A stretch of DNA of 64,000 bases from an uncultured Gemmatimonadaceae bacterium (GTDB lineage Bacteria > Gemmatimonadota > Gemmatimonadetes > Gemmatimonadales > Gemmatimonadaceae), in the NCBI GenBank assembly GCA_963829055.1, contig CAWHHI010000004.1, forward strand, positions 768,001 through 832,000, in the 5' to 3' direction. The notes below the pieces were generated by a model. That model was not told the DNA's origin, made no database searches, and saw nothing but the letters and a program-made list of their open reading frames with translations. Positions 50,092-63,946 of the stretch are shown one piece after another. The first letter of the stretch is position 1; every line of letters starts with the position of its first letter. A program made the translations under genes and the position numbers.

Positions 50092-50874
50092 TCATGACGA
50101 CTCGGCGACTGCCTTGCGGGCGAAGAACGTTGGGGACGCCGAGTCTTCGCGCTCGACAGAGATGGACCAGCCACGGTACTGGGCGCGGAGTTCCTCGATC
50201 GTGAGCGCGGTCTGCCCAGCGACGATGGTCTCGACGAGATGAACCCCACCATCGAGTGTCGCACTCTGGAGCAGCTCGATGACGCGCGCCCTGTCGAGGT
50301 CGGACAATCCGACAAACGCGGCGGGCGAGCAAACGACGGCGGTGAGCGGGCCATCAGGAGCCCATTCACTAAGCGGGCTCATGAACGCGTTCACCTGCCG
50401 CGCCAGACCAACCGCCTCGGCCGCAATCATGACGCGCTCGACAACGTCGGGGGCGTCTCCAACGGCTGTGACCGTGCATCCATTCGCGGCGAGATAAAGC
50501 GTCGACTCGGATACCCGCGGTCCGGTGACCAGTACGTGTGCCTCCGTGCATGCGGAGATCGCGCGGACCAAGGGCGCGTCAGGCAGCATGCCCCAGTGTT
50601 CCGGCCGGCGGTACTCCGCGAGACGCTTCAGCCGACGGCGCTTCCATGCCGCGTAGTTCGGAATACGAAGGCGGCTCGTGATTATGCGGTCGACCTCCGC
50701 CCAGAGCACGAGCTCATCGAACGCTACCTGCTCTTGTGCGCGAAGCTTGGCGACGGCTTCATCGCCGATGCTGAGAATCGCCGAGCGCGGAATCGAGTCT
50801 TTGTAGTCCTCGATTTCCCGCTCCACGTACAGCTCGTATTCGTATTTGAGCGACCGGTGTTGTTGATGCGACAT
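50092..50874 (-). CDS. Hypothetical protein with degenerate class I SAM-methyltransferase-like C-terminal domain
   Basis: LYLAANGCTVTAV, LQSATLDGGVHLV and EELRAQYRGW resemble TehB-type folds but the GxGxG motif is absent. Confidence 0.6.
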   Translation of the reverse strand: MSHQQHRSLKYEYELYVEREIEDYKDSIPRSAILSIGDEAVAKLRAQEQVAFDELVLWAEVDRIITSRLRIPNYAAWKRRRLKRLAEYRRPEHWGMLPDAPLVRAISACTEAHVLVTGPRVSESTLYLAANGCTVTAVGDAPDVVERVMIAAEAVGLARQVNAFMSPLSEWAPDGPLTAVVCSPAAFVGLSDLDRARVIELLQSATLDGGVHLVETIVAGQTALTIEELRAQYRGWSISVEREDSASPTFFARKAVAESS

Positions 50875-50939
50875 GAACCTCGAAGCCGGAGCGCTAATCA
50901 CAAATGCAATAGTAGAACGACCGGTCGTATGCGCAAGTC

Positions 50940-51863
50940 TCAGCTTGGCTCGACATGGACGACTACTTCGGAAGCGCCGAGCGCTTCGGCGATGCGATTT
51001 TCGACTTCGTCAGCGATTTCGTGTGCGTCCGCGACGCTGGTCGAGCCAGCCACTCCGACCGTCACCTCTGCGAAAACGACGCCGGATGCACCGGCGCGCG
51101 AGCGCACGCTTCGAACCTCCTCGATCCGCGGAATGCTCTCCACGAGCCGCCGGACATCAGCCGAATCGAGACCACGTTCGTCCACCAGAATCGGAACCGT
51201 TTCCTTGAGGATCTGGTAGCCGTTTCGGGCGATGATGAGCGCCACAAGCAGTGCCAGCACCGGGTCGAGATGCCCCAAGCCAAATCGCGTCAGTCCAAGC
51301 GACGCGATGGCGAGCAGCGTGACGTACACGTCGCTATGCGTGTGGGCGGCGTCGGCAATGAGGAAAGAGCTCGCGAGCTCTCGCCCGCGTCGACGCTCGT
51401 AGACGACGATGAGGGCGTTGACCACCAGCGTGAAGCCGATCAAGCCGACTTCGAGGAGCGTGGGGGTCTCCGGCGAGTCGGATCGCCGCAGCTGCACGAT
51501 GCCTTCGCGCAGGAGCTCGAAGCACGAGATCGAGAGGAACGTGACGATCGCGAGTGCACCGAGCGTCTCGAACTTCGCGTGGCCGTACGGATGGCTTTCG
51601 TCCGGGCCGCGCGCAGCGACCGTGACGAGCACCATGCCGACGATGTTGTTGAACACGTCGAGCGATGACTCGAGCGCGGCTCCCAGGACCGAGAGCGCGC
51701 CTGTCCTGAGGCCGACCATTACCTTGATCGCGACGACGATCAGGTTGAGCACGAGCACGCGTGCGAGCACGCCGCGCACGGCGGACGGGCGCGCCGTGTG
51801 TGAGACCGAGGCGGCCGCCTCGGATGTTGGAGCTTTGCGTGGAGAAGGCGGCGCGGCGGTCAC
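50940..51863 (-). CDS. Cation diffusion facilitator family transporter (FieF-like)
   Basis: Six TM segments, PDESHPYGHAKFE, ADAAHTHSD, AHEIADEVE, VVVHVEP; start uncertain. Confidence 0.92.
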   Translation of the reverse strand: MTAAPPSPRKAPTSEAAASVSHTARPSAVRGVLARVLVLNLIVVAIKVMVGLRTGALSVLGAALESSLDVFNNIVGMVLVTVAARGPDESHPYGHAKFETLGALAIVTFLSISCFELLREGIVQLRRSDSPETPTLLEVGLIGFTLVVNALIVVYERRRGRELASSFLIADAAHTHSDVYVTLLAIASLGLTRFGLGHLDPVLALLVALIIARNGYQILKETVPILVDERGLDSADVRRLVESIPRIEEVRSVRSRAGASGVVFAEVTVGVAGSTSVADAHEIADEVENRIAEALGASEVVVHVEPS

Positions 51864-51940
51864 GTCGGGAGTTTCACCGGACGACAGAACCGTGTCAACG
51901 CCAATCCGTGAAATGGCGTGGACACGCCATGGGAGTTGGA

Positions 51941-52724
51941 ATGCCTGAGCTACCCGAAGTCGAGTATGCGTCGCGCGTGCTGCGGGCGGCGGTCGTGGGC
52001 CGGACGATCGGCAAAGTGACGGTACTGCATCCATCACAGCGGCGGCAGTTACCTCCGCGTGATGTCGCGCGGCTGGTTGGCACGACGATCAGTACGGTCG
52101 AACGCCGCGGAAAGCACCAACTCATCGGTCTGTCGTCCGGGGATACGCTCGTGGTGCACTTTCGCATGACGGGGGATTGGCTCGTCGACTCGATAACGGA
52201 TGACGTCCCGCGCTTCGCACGGGTCGTCGTCGAGCTGACGGACGGCGTGCGGGTGTCACTCGTCGACCCGCGCGCGTTGTCGACCGTGAGCCTGCATCGC
52301 GATGGCGACGCATCGCTCCCTGTGCTCGGTCCCGACGCCGCCGACCCGACACTTAGTGTCGAGGCATTCGGCGTCGCGCTGTCACGGCGTCGAGCCGCCA
52401 TTAAGGTGGCGTTGCTGGATCAGCGTGTGTTGGCGGGGGTCGGGAACATCTACGCGGCTGAAGCACTCTGGCTCGCGCGCATCAACCCGCAGGCGGTGGC
52501 GTCCTCGTTGTCTGCGCGCGCGTCGCGTTCGTTTGCTCGAGGCCATTCGGTCGGTGCTCGACAAGGCGCAGCGGTCGAGCGGGCGCTATCGCGACGACGG
52601 TGTCGGCCGATTCGAGGTGTACGATCGGGAAGGGCTGCCGTGCACGCGGTGCGGCCACCGAATTCGTCGCATTGTGCAGGGTGGCCGCTCGACGTACTTC
52701 TGCCCGCACTGTCAGCGTCGTTAG
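51941..52724 (+). CDS. mutM: Formamidopyrimidine-DNA glycosylase; frameshift near 52510
   Basis: [30 protein letters not shown]; zinc finger [17 protein letters not shown] in shifted frame. Confidence 0.95.
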
Positions 52725-52753
52725 GCCGTCGTACCTAACGCCGAGTCGTGGCA

Positions 52754-53920
52754 TTAGTCCATCGCTTCCAGGATGGCGCCCTTGATGTACCCCGTTTCGG
52801 GGATCGTGAGAATCTCCGGGTGGTCGAGTGATTGACCAATCATCTCACGCAGCGACAGGCGCCGTCCGCTATCCGCGGCTGCGCGCTCGATCATCTCGAG
52901 GAACAGCGGCTTCGTGAGATGGTAGCTGCAGCTCGCCGTGTAGAGCGTTCCGCCGGGTGCCAGGAGCCGCATGGCGCGAAGGTTGATCTCGTGGTACCCG
53001 CGCAGGGCGCTCGTTAGGCTGGCTCTCGACTTCGCGAACGCCGGCGGGTCCAGCACGATGGTGTCGAACATCGCGCGCTCCCGCTCCCGGTCGCGGAGGT
53101 AGTCGAACGCGTTCGCCTCGACGCAATCGATCGTATCGAACCCGTTGCGGCGCGCGTTGTCCGCCGCTCGGGCGAGGGCGGCGGCGGAGCTGTCGATGGC
53201 GATGACGTGGTCGGCGTTTCGCGCGAGGTGCAACGCGAACGATCCGTGGTAGCTGAAGCAGTCGAGCGCTCGCCCTCGCGCGTAGGTGCCGATACGGCGG
53301 CGCGCCTCACGCTGGTCGAGAAACGCCCCCGTTTTCTGGCCGGTCCAGGGCGCCGCGAGGTAGCGCACGCCGTGTTCGTGAACTTCGATCTCCTGCGGAA
53401 CGTCGCCCGAGAGCAACGCCGTTTCGCGCGGGAGCCCTTCGCGGGCTCTGACGGGTGGATCGTTCCGCGCGAGGATGCCCTGCGCACCGGTGACGGCGAG
53501 CAGGGCGGCGACGACATCCTCGCGGTACCGCTCCAGACCCGCGCTCAGGAGTTGGACGACCAGCCATTTGTCGTAGCGATCGCAGACGAGTGACGGCAGC
53601 CCGTCGCCCTCGCCGTGAATCAGGCGGTAGGCGGAGGCGTCCGGTCCGATCGCGGTGCGGCGTCGCACGGCGTGCTCGATACGGTCATGCCACCAGTGCT
53701 CGTCGATGGTCGCGTCCGGATCGCGGTCGATGAGTCTGAGGGAGATCTCCGACTCGGGACTCCAGAGAGCGGTTCCGATCGGGCGGCGTCGATTGTCCAG
53801 GACGGTGACGGCAGCGGCGTCGGTAGACGGTGCGGTGATGAGGTCGCTACGAAAGATCCAAGGGTGGCCGTCGGCCCATCGTTGAGCTCCCTTGCCGGAG
53901 ACGATCGCGGTCGCGCGCAT
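52754..53920 (-). CDS. rlmI: SAM-dependent rRNA methyltransferase (RlmI family)
   Basis: GHPWIF PUA domain, HGEGDGLP, GQKTGAFLDQRE, FSYHGSF, VLDPPAF, ASCS, IPETGY. Confidence 0.88.
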   Translation of the reverse strand: MRATAIVSGKGAQRWADGHPWIFRSDLITAPSTDAAAVTVLDNRRRPIGTALWSPESEISLRLIDRDPDATIDEHWWHDRIEHAVRRRTAIGPDASAYRLIHGEGDGLPSLVCDRYDKWLVVQLLSAGLERYREDVVAALLAVTGAQGILARNDPPVRAREGLPRETALLSGDVPQEIEVHEHGVRYLAAPWTGQKTGAFLDQREARRRIGTYARGRALDCFSYHGSFALHLARNADHVIAIDSSAAALARAADNARRNGFDTIDCVEANAFDYLRDRERERAMFDTIVLDPPAFAKSRASLTSALRGYHEINLRAMRLLAPGGTLYTASCSYHLTKPLFLEMIERAAADSGRRLSLREMIGQSLDHPEILTIPETGYIKGAILEAMD

Positions 53921-54080
53921 GAGCAACAAAGGTAGCAGGGGCTCGAGCGGATCGTTTTTTCGTCCCTTGTTTGGCGTGTCGGATCGATGTATTGTTCGCG
54001 CCCTTTTCGGATCCGGCGCCGAGCGAAGTGTTGGGAGGCGACGTCGATAAAAATGGTCGTAGTTAGTGTGGCCATTGGAG

Positions 54081-54109
54081 TTGACTACCGGTGAAGACTC
54101 GGTTACAAT
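54081..54109 (+). promoter_or_regulatory. Sigma-70 promoter of the 23S-5S unit; boxA-like GCTGTTTGAAA follows near 54144
   Basis: TTGACT-17 nt-TACAAT. Confidence 0.8.
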
Positions 54110-54332
54110 TCGAAGCTTTTCCGTGACGTTTTTGGTCGCGGACCGCTGTTTGAAAAGAGAAGGAAAGAGGTAGATCGTGGGATTTATGAGTCCTCACCGA
54201 TCTCTGGAGCGCGGTGCGAGTGACTATCGCATCGGGTGAAGGAGGAAGGTGAGCGAGATTGCACAGATCACTCATATATGAGAGTCGGCGGAAGCCGACT
54301 CCATGCGCGTGCTCTGCTTGACGTGTTTTTTT

Positions 54333-57293
<2,961 letters not shown>

Positions 57294-57564
57294 TTCCCAG
57301 CTTTACCGCTGGGCAGAAATTCTCAACCGCAGAGTACGCAATATGAGTGAGCGTCACCTTCGGGTGGTGCGGTTCCACGAGACTACCTCTTCCTCTTCTT
57401 TTCGTTGCTCACGCGAGTGAGTCACCGACAGTCGAGCCATCAGCTATCAGTCGCTGATCTCGATGCTCCATTTCGTCGGCTGGCCCCCTCGCACGACGCG
57501 GCGCTCGTTGCCACGTCGATCGTCATTGGCTGTCGACTGATAGCCGAAGGCCGAACAAAAAAAT

Positions 57565-57682
57565 CGCTGGCGATTAGAGCGTAGGGGCCACACCCGTTCC
57601 CATCCCGAACACGGTCGTTAAGCCCTACAGCGCCAATGGTACTCCGATCGAGAGGTCGCGGGAGAGTAGGCCATCGCCGGCA
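57565..57682 (+). rRNA. rrf: 5S ribosomal RNA
   Basis: CACCCGTTCCCATCCCGAACACGG, GCGCCAATGGTACT, GGGAGAGTAGG; terminal helix. Confidence 0.97.
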
Positions 57683-57689
57683 CCTATTC

Positions 57690-57728
57690 GAAACGGGTCA
57701 CCCTAACGGGTGGCCCGTTTCTTTCTTT
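57690..57728 (+). terminator. rRNA unit terminator
   Basis: GAAACGGGTCACC-CTAAC-GGGTGGCCCGTTTC followed by TTTCTTT. Confidence 0.85.
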
Positions 57729-57738
57729 GCCACCACCC

Positions 57739-58410
57739 ATGCTACGATATTTCGGCCTCGCGGCGGGAGCGGCAGGTGGCGCGCTCTACCTCCGCGAACG
57801 CCAGCGACGTCTGGCCGCTGAACGACTCGCCGCCGCCGTCCTCGAGACACTGCTCCGCGCCATCGACGCCAATGACGCCGAAACCGGCGGCCACGTCCGC
57901 CGAGTGGCTCGTTATGCGCTCATCCTCGCCGAAGCGGCCGACCTCGATACCCGCGAACAGCGGAACGTGGAGCGCATCGCGCTCTTCCACGACATCGGCA
58001 AGATCAACGAGGCGCTGTTCGACATCATCCATGAAGAGTCGAAGCTCACGGAGAAGGAACGCGAGGCGGTGCGAACACATCCGCGGCTCGGCGCCGAGGT
58101 CCTGACGCCTCTCGCCTCGTTCTATCCAGAGCTGTCGACGGGCGTGCTCTCACACCATGAGCGGTGGGACGGCCAGGGATACCCGCGGCAGTTGAGCGGA
58201 AACGGGATCCCGTTGGCTGCGCGCATCGTGACGATCGCCGACTCGTTCGACGCGATGACGTACAACCGGCGCTATCGACCAGCACAGAGCGCGACCGAAG
58301 CCGCCAAGAAGCTGATGAACGGTCGCGGGACGCAGTTCGATCCGAACCTCGTCGACCTGTTCCTCTCACCGCCCGTGTTCGATGAGATCATCCGGCGCGA
58401 TGCGGGCTGA
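57739..58410 (+). CDS. HD-GYP domain phosphohydrolase
   Basis: TGGHVRRV, FHDIGK, HHERWDGQGYP, IADSFDAM, GTQFDP; 3' end may be cut short by an indel. Confidence 0.92.
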   Translation: MLRYFGLAAGAAGGALYLRERQRRLAAERLAAAVLETLLRAIDANDAETGGHVRRVARYALILAEAADLDTREQRNVERIALFHDIGKINEALFDIIHEESKLTEKEREAVRTHPRLGAEVLTPLASFYPELSTGVLSHHERWDGQGYPRQLSGNGIPLAARIVTIADSFDAMTYNRRYRPAQSATEAAKKLMNGRGTQFDPNLVDLFLSPPVFDEIIRRDAG

Positions 58411-58475
58411 CCACGCGCCGCAACCGCGCGCGGCTCAGAGCGGGCCGTCGAAGCGCGATGCTGGGATGCCGGAGC

Positions 58476-59111
58476 TCAGCTTCCGGTGGCGGACAACAAC
58501 TCCCGCGCCGCGCGCTCTGGGTCGGAAGCTGCGAAAATCGCCCTGATCACCGCTACGCCATGTGCGCCGGCCGCGAGCACGTCCCGACAGTTGGACGGAC
58601 CAATGCCGCCGATGGCGACAGCGGGTAGTCCGGTGAGTCGGGCCAGGCGAGCAAACTCACCGGGGCCGATGGCATCGCCGGCATCGGCTTTGGATGTCGT
58701 CGAGAACACGGGGCCGATGCCCACATAGTCGGCCCCGGCCGCGGCCGAAATTTCGGCGTCGCTTCCAACCGACGCGCCGATGATGAACCCCGACGGAACG
58801 ACGGCGCGGAGCGCGACTGCAGGAATGTCATCCACTCCGACGTGCACGCCGGCCGCTCCCGACGCGAGTGCCACGTCTGCGCGATCGTTCACGATCACGG
58901 GCACTGGTACCGCCTCGACGAGCGCGCGCGCGACCTGCACGAGCTCGCGCGGATCGACGTCCTTGAGACGCAGTTGCACCATGGTTGCGCCGCCGCGGAC
59001 CGCAGCCGAGGCGCGGCGCACGAGGCCATCGGTGCCGTCGCGGAGGTCATCCGTGATCGCGACGAGACGGAGAACGTCGGGAATCGGGAATCGGGAATCG
59101 GGAATCGACAA
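58476..59111 (-). CDS. thiE: Thiamine-phosphate synthase
   Basis: LVAITD, VQLRLK, IVNDRADVA, GVHVG.DD, ADYVGIGPVFST.SK, VAIGGI; start uncertain. Confidence 0.93.
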   Translation of the reverse strand: MSIPDSRFPIPDVLRLVAITDDLRDGTDGLVRRASAAVRGGATMVQLRLKDVDPRELVQVARALVEAVPVPVIVNDRADVALASGAAGVHVGVDDIPAVALRAVVPSGFIIGASVGSDAEISAAAGADYVGIGPVFSTTSKADAGDAIGPGEFARLARLTGLPAVAIGGIGPSNCRDVLAAGAHGVAVIRAIFAASDPERAARELLSATGS

Positions 59112-59243
59112 ACCTGGAGCCGGGAACGGGAACAGGGCACTGAGGCCGCCTGCTACGTGCGGGACGTGCCAGCCGAATCTGTTATTCGCTCGACCAGGAG
59201 CCCACCACATCAGCAACGCCATGACAAGAATACCCGCAACGAC

Positions 59244-59531
59244 AACGGCAACAGCAGGACAGGATGGCCAGGATTGGCAGGATTGACGAAGATGACCGCT
59301 CACGGCGGCTCGCGGGAGCGAGTCGCCGGGGCCTAACGAATGAAGGAACACATCGCAGGGCGAGTGGCGTCCCGAGCGGCCGCTCCTCTCATACTGGCCT
59401 CGTTGCGGGAGGGGCTTGGGCGCGACGCGGAGCCTCTGTTTCATCCGTCATCCTGCCAATCCTGTCATGTAGTTGCCGTTGCTGTTCGTCAATCCTGCCA
59501 ATCCTGGCCATCCTGTCCTGCTGTTGCCGTT
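59244..59531. repeat. 288-bp element with perfect 47-bp terminal inverted repeats (MITE/REPIN-like)
   Basis: 59244-59290 is the exact reverse complement of 59485-59531; arms contain ATCCTG(C/G)CA 9-mers; partial third copy near 59446-59480. Confidence 0.85.
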
Positions 59532-59591
59532 CTCATTCCGAGCCTCTCGAACGCTCGTTAGGCGCGCCGGGTCGGGCGCGACTCCGTCAGC

Positions 59592-60600
59592 TCAGTCGCG
59601 GCTCGGCGAACGCGGTGTCTCGCGACGAATCTGTTGGCGGGCTTCCGTGTGCTCCGAGAACGTTTGCCGGAATTCATGGTGGCCGTCCGGGTGTGCCACG
59701 AAATAGAGATACGGCACGCTCGCCGGAAACAAGGCCGCCTCAATGCTCGCGGCACCTGGCGAGGCAATGGGGCCCGGCGGTAGTCCCGGATGCTTATAGG
59801 TGTTGTAGCGAGAATCCACCTCGAGGTCCTTGAACAGGACCCGGTCGACGTGCTTGCCGAGCGCGTATTGAACCGTGGGATCCGCCTGCAGCAGCATGCC
59901 GATCTTGAGTCGATTGTGGTACACGGCCGAGATCACCGGTCGCTCCTCCGCGAGGCGGGCTTCCTTCTCGATGATCGACGCGAGCGTGATGATGTCGTGT
60001 CGCGACATTGCCAGCGCCTGGAGTCTCTCGTCCCACTCGGGCTTCCACACCTTCTCGAAGGTCGAGACGAGCATCCGCACGGCCTCCTGCGGTGTCGTGC
60101 CTTCCGCGAACGTGTACGTATCGGGAAAGAGGTAGCCCTCGAGCGTCGGCGTGGGCACGTCGAGGCGACGGCGAAGCGCCGAGTCGCTGGCTGCAACGAC
60201 GATGGATTCCGGGGGCACCGACAGTGCTCGGCCGAGCAACGGCGCGATGGCGCCAAGGGCGAAGCCCTCGGGAATCGTCACCGTGTGGACGAGCCCTTTG
60301 CCGCGCGTGAGCGCGTCGAGGACTGCGTTCCACGACGAGCCGTCGCGGAAGACGTACGTCCCTGCCTTGAGATCGCGATCACGGCCCCGCGCCGAGGCGT
60401 AGAGGCGGAAGATGCGCGGGGCCGGAGATGACGCCGGCGTGCGCGAGGGAGTCGATCGCGCTGCTGAAGCTCGAGCCCGCGGGAATCGTCACGCGAACGC
60501 TCCCGCCACGCGACGAGCCGCTGCACGCGCCGCTGACGATCAGCGCCGCTGTGCACAGGCCCCCGACGAGGCGGCGCCTAACGTGGAAGCGAGAGCGCAT
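59592..60600 (-). CDS. mltG: Endolytic transglycosylase MltG; frameshift near 60418
   Basis: VTIPAG, LKAGTY, VTIPEG, LEGYLFPDTY, LASIIEKE, LQADPTVQY, YNTY..GLPPGPIASPG, YLYFVA. Confidence 0.95.
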
Positions 60601-61046
60601 GTTGGAGCAGAATGGTGGCGGCCATGGAATCGACGTCCCCCTTGCGGCCTCGCGTCGAGCCGCCCATTTCGCGGATGGTACGGAGCGCCGCCGCAGTCGT
60701 GAACCGCTCGTCCACGAGACGCACGGGAAGACCGGTTCGTTTCTCCAACTCGGCGGCAACGTGGCGTGCCTCGACGGCGCGGGGCGTATCCTCGCCATTC
60801 TGGTCGAGCGGAAGGCCAACCACATAGCCCTGCACCTCGAGCTCCACGCCGCGCCGAATCATCTCGGCGATCGGCGGCCGTTTGCCGCGCCGGCGCTCGA
60901 TGAAGCCGGCGGGTGATGCGATAGTCCCCGAAGGGTCGCTGACGGCGAGACCCACACGACGGTCACCGTAGTCGACGGCCAGCAGCCGTCTCGGGAACGG
61001 GGAACCGGGAACGGGAAACAGGGGCTGATCGCTGATGGCTGGTAAC
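60578..61046 (-). CDS. ruvX: Holliday junction resolvase-like RuvX/YqgF
   Basis: LLAVDYGDRRVGLAVSD, VVGLP, VDERFTT, VDSMAATILLQ; start codon not clear. Confidence 0.92.
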
Positions 61047-61052
61047 TCCGTA

Positions 61053-62309
61053 TCACCCGCCCTGCGCCATCTGCACGAAGAATTCCTTGTTGTTCCGCGA
61101 GCGCGTGAGCTGCTTGAGCAGGAAGACAATCGACTCATCCGGCGGCATGTCGCCCAGGAAGTTACGCAGGAGATAGACCCGATTGATCTCCTCCTTCGTG
61201 AGCAGGAGCTCTTCCTTTCGCGTGCCGGACTTGTTGATGTCGATCGCAGGGAAAATGCGCCGGTCGGCGATCTCACGATCGAGCACGAGCTCCATGTTCC
61301 CGGTGCCCTTGAACTCTTCGAAGATCACCTCGTCCATGCGCGAGCCCGTCTCGATGAGGGCGGTCGCGACGATCGTGAGGGAGCCGCCGCCGTCGATGTT
61401 GCGGGCGGATCCGAAGAATTTCTTCGGCTTGTGCAGCGCCGTCGCTTCGACGCCACCGGAGAGAATCTTTCCGCCGTGCGGTGCGATCGTGTTATGTGCG
61501 CGCGCGAGTCGAGTGATCGAATCGAGCAGGATGACGACATCCTTGCCGTGTTCCACGAGTCGCTTCGCCTTTTCGATGACCATGTCCGCTACCTGCACAT
61601 GGCGGTCAGCGGGCTCATCGAACGTGGAGCTGATCACCTCGGCGCGACCGACATTCTGCACCATGTCGGTCACTTCCTCGGGCCGTTCATCGATGAGCAG
61701 GAGGATGAGCGACACCTCGGGATGATTCTCGACGATGGCGTTCGCCATCTTCTGCAGCAGAATCGTCTTTCCTGCGCGCGGCGGCGCGACGATGAGCCCG
61801 CGCTGGCCCTTGCCGATCGGCGCGATGAGATCGACGACGCGCATGCTGAGATCGCCGTTCGCCGCTTCGAGTCGGAGGCGCTCGTCGGGGTAGCGCGGCC
61901 GCAGGTTATCGAACGCGATTCGCTGCTTCGCCTGCTCGGGCGAGTCGCCGTTGATGGATTCGACCTTCAAGAGGGCCAAGTACCGCTCCCATTCCTTCGG
62001 CGGTCGGACCTGGCCGAGCACGGTGTCACCAGTGCGGAGGTCGAACCGCTTGATTTGCGAGGGTGAGACGTAGATGTCATCGGGGCCGTACAGGTAATTC
62101 CAGTCCTGACTCCGCAGAAAGCCGTAGCCCTCCGGTAGAATCTCGAGCACGCCTTCGCCGCGAAGGATGTTCTCCGCATCGAGCAGGTTCTGCTCGATCC
62201 GGAAGATGAGGTCCTGCTTGCGGAGGCCGGAGGTGTTCGCGATGTCGAGCCCTTCAGCAACTTCCTGGAGCTCGGCGACCGACTTCCGCTTCAGATCAGC
62301 GATATCCAC
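61053..62309 (-). CDS. rho: Transcription termination factor Rho
   Basis: [61 protein letters not shown]. Confidence 0.99.
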   Translation of the reverse strand: MDIADLKRKSVAELQEVAEGLDIANTSGLRKQDLIFRIEQNLLDAENILRGEGVLEILPEGYGFLRSQDWNYLYGPDDIYVSPSQIKRFDLRTGDTVLGQVRPPKEWERYLALLKVESINGDSPEQAKQRIAFDNLRPRYPDERLRLEAANGDLSMRVVDLIAPIGKGQRGLIVAPPRAGKTILLQKMANAIVENHPEVSLILLLIDERPEEVTDMVQNVGRAEVISSTFDEPADRHVQVADMVIEKAKRLVEHGKDVVILLDSITRLARAHNTIAPHGGKILSGGVEATALHKPKKFFGSARNIDGGGSLTIVATALIETGSRMDEVIFEEFKGTGNMELVLDREIADRRIFPAIDINKSGTRKEELLLTKEEINRVYLLRNFLGDMPPDESIVFLLKQLTRSRNNKEFFVQMAQGG

Positions 62310-62563
62310 GGGCGGGGATCTGGGCGGCTACGATCCACGGCGCGATGCAATGCGCCGAGCGACGAGTTGGGTGGGAACGACGCGCGGAGAGGTGGACCGG
62401 CGATGCTCGACAACCGCGTGATGCGGAGAGGAACGTCTGGATGACTGGGCGGCACGTCGAGGAGCGCCAAGCTACCAACGGCCGCGGAGAGGGTCAAGTG
62501 CTTCCAACGGTGTAACAGGAAGCGCTACGGCAGCTTGGTGCGCATCGTCGGAATGCTATGGAA

Positions 62564-63520
62564 TCAGAATGCGATGTAGCGGAATGGTCGGCGCTTCATG
62601 TCGGCGAAGAGGTCGGTCATTTGCTTCGACAGCTCGGTCATCTGAACGGCGATGATCGAGTCCTGCGCAAAGCGCCCGACGGTTCCGGACTTCGAAGCGA
62701 GCAGCGCGCTGGTGATGGAAAGCTCGTCGCGAACGTCGGCAACCGCTTGCAACAACGTCGAGTCGCGACGAAAGCGGCCAAACGACCCCTGATTGCTCGC
62801 GAGTAGCGCCCGGACGGAGTCCGCCTGCGCGGCAGCGGTCTTCGCGCGCGTCATGATCTCACCGCGTTGCATCGCGAGGCCCAAAGTGCCGGTGCCGGCG
62901 GTCGCGCGCTCCGCAAGTCGCGACGCGTTGCCCATCAGCGTCTCGATGCGTTTCGGGGCGTCCATCGTGGTGAGTGCGCGCACAGCCCCGTCGGCGGATG
63001 ACAGGGCGGAGGTGAGCACTTTCACGTTCGCCGTGAGCGCTGGCAATTCCTGCGTCACTCCACCGAAGGTCGCCGTGAGTGTCTGGATGTCGCCACCCAC
63101 GGACGTTCGAATGGTGTCGCTGGCGGGGATGACACGTGCGGCGCTGGTGCCTGCCGTGATGTAGACGACGGTCGGCCCCATGAGCTGCGCGCCGGTGCCG
63201 AGCTTCACGACGGAATTCTCGCGGATCTGCTGTCGGTATTTCTGCAGGACCTCGATCTCGACCACGACGCGCTTGGCGGTGTCGATTGCCGGCGGAGCGA
63301 AATGCACGCTGCTGACGCGGCCGACCTTGGTGCCGTTGATCCAGACTTCGGTGCCGCCCATGACATTCCGGGCGTTCGAGAACGCCGTGAAATAATGGAC
63401 GGTGGGGCCGCTGAGACGTCCGATACGGGCGTATTTCAGCGTTGCGCCAGTCAGCAGAATGATGGCGCCGAACATGACGGCGCCGGGGACGAGGTAGCGC
63501 CAGCGGAGAGGGCGGTGCAC
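62564..63520 (-). CDS. MlaD/MCE family protein
   Basis: N-terminal TM segment, F.NA..V..G.EV.I.G.KVGRV MCE pattern, helical C-terminus ending P.RY..F. Confidence 0.85.
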   Translation of the reverse strand: MHRPLRWRYLVPGAVMFGAIILLTGATLKYARIGRLSGPTVHYFTAFSNARNVMGGTEVWINGTKVGRVSSVHFAPPAIDTAKRVVVEIEVLQKYRQQIRENSVVKLGTGAQLMGPTVVYITAGTSAARVIPASDTIRTSVGGDIQTLTATFGGVTQELPALTANVKVLTSALSSADGAVRALTTMDAPKRIETLMGNASRLAERATAGTGTLGLAMQRGEIMTRAKTAAAQADSVRALLASNQGSFGRFRRDSTLLQAVADVRDELSITSALLASKSGTVGRFAQDSIIAVQMTELSKQMTDLFADMKRRPFRYIAF

Positions 63521-63650
63521 GGACTACAGAGAGGCAAGCCCTGAGCCAGTGAACGGCGGCGATCAGCCAACAGCCAGCCATCAGCTAAGACGGCGGACGC
63601 CCAACGGCGAACCGACAAACGGACGGGCCGACGGGCTCAATATGGGGGAG

Positions 63651-63724
63651 TGCGCACGACAGGATTCGAACCTGTGACCTTCGGCTCCGGAGGCCGACGC
63701 TCTATCCAGCTGAGCTACGCGCGC
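63651..63724 (-). tRNA. tRNA-Arg (anticodon CCG), CCA not encoded
   Basis: GCGCGCG TAGCTCAGCTGGATAGAGCG TCGGC-CTCCGGA-GCCGA AGGTC ACAGG-TTCGAAT-CCTGT CGTGCGC A cloverleaf. Confidence 0.97.
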
Positions 63725-63946
63725 GATGCGGACAAAACCGCTGTCAGACTGGGGAAGACTATTGGGCGGCTGCCCCTCACACAAGTTTGCCTATCGAAGG
63801 CGGATGGCGGGCTCCAGACAGACGCATCGCCGGGCGTGACGCGGGGTGCAGAAGGCCAGTCCTAGCGCGTGAAGCAGCGTCTATCAACTGCCGGTCGAAC
63901 AGTCATTCCCGGCGCCGCTGGCGCCGAGCCCGGCCGCGTTTCCACC

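Noticed and set aside
59112..59444. N-terminal membrane extension of ThiE
   Set aside because: It derives from translating the inverted-repeat element and has no ThiE similarity
63651..63724. tRNA-anchored genomic island
   Set aside because: No integrase and no duplicated tRNA 3' end was seen in the window; the downstream genes are housekeeping
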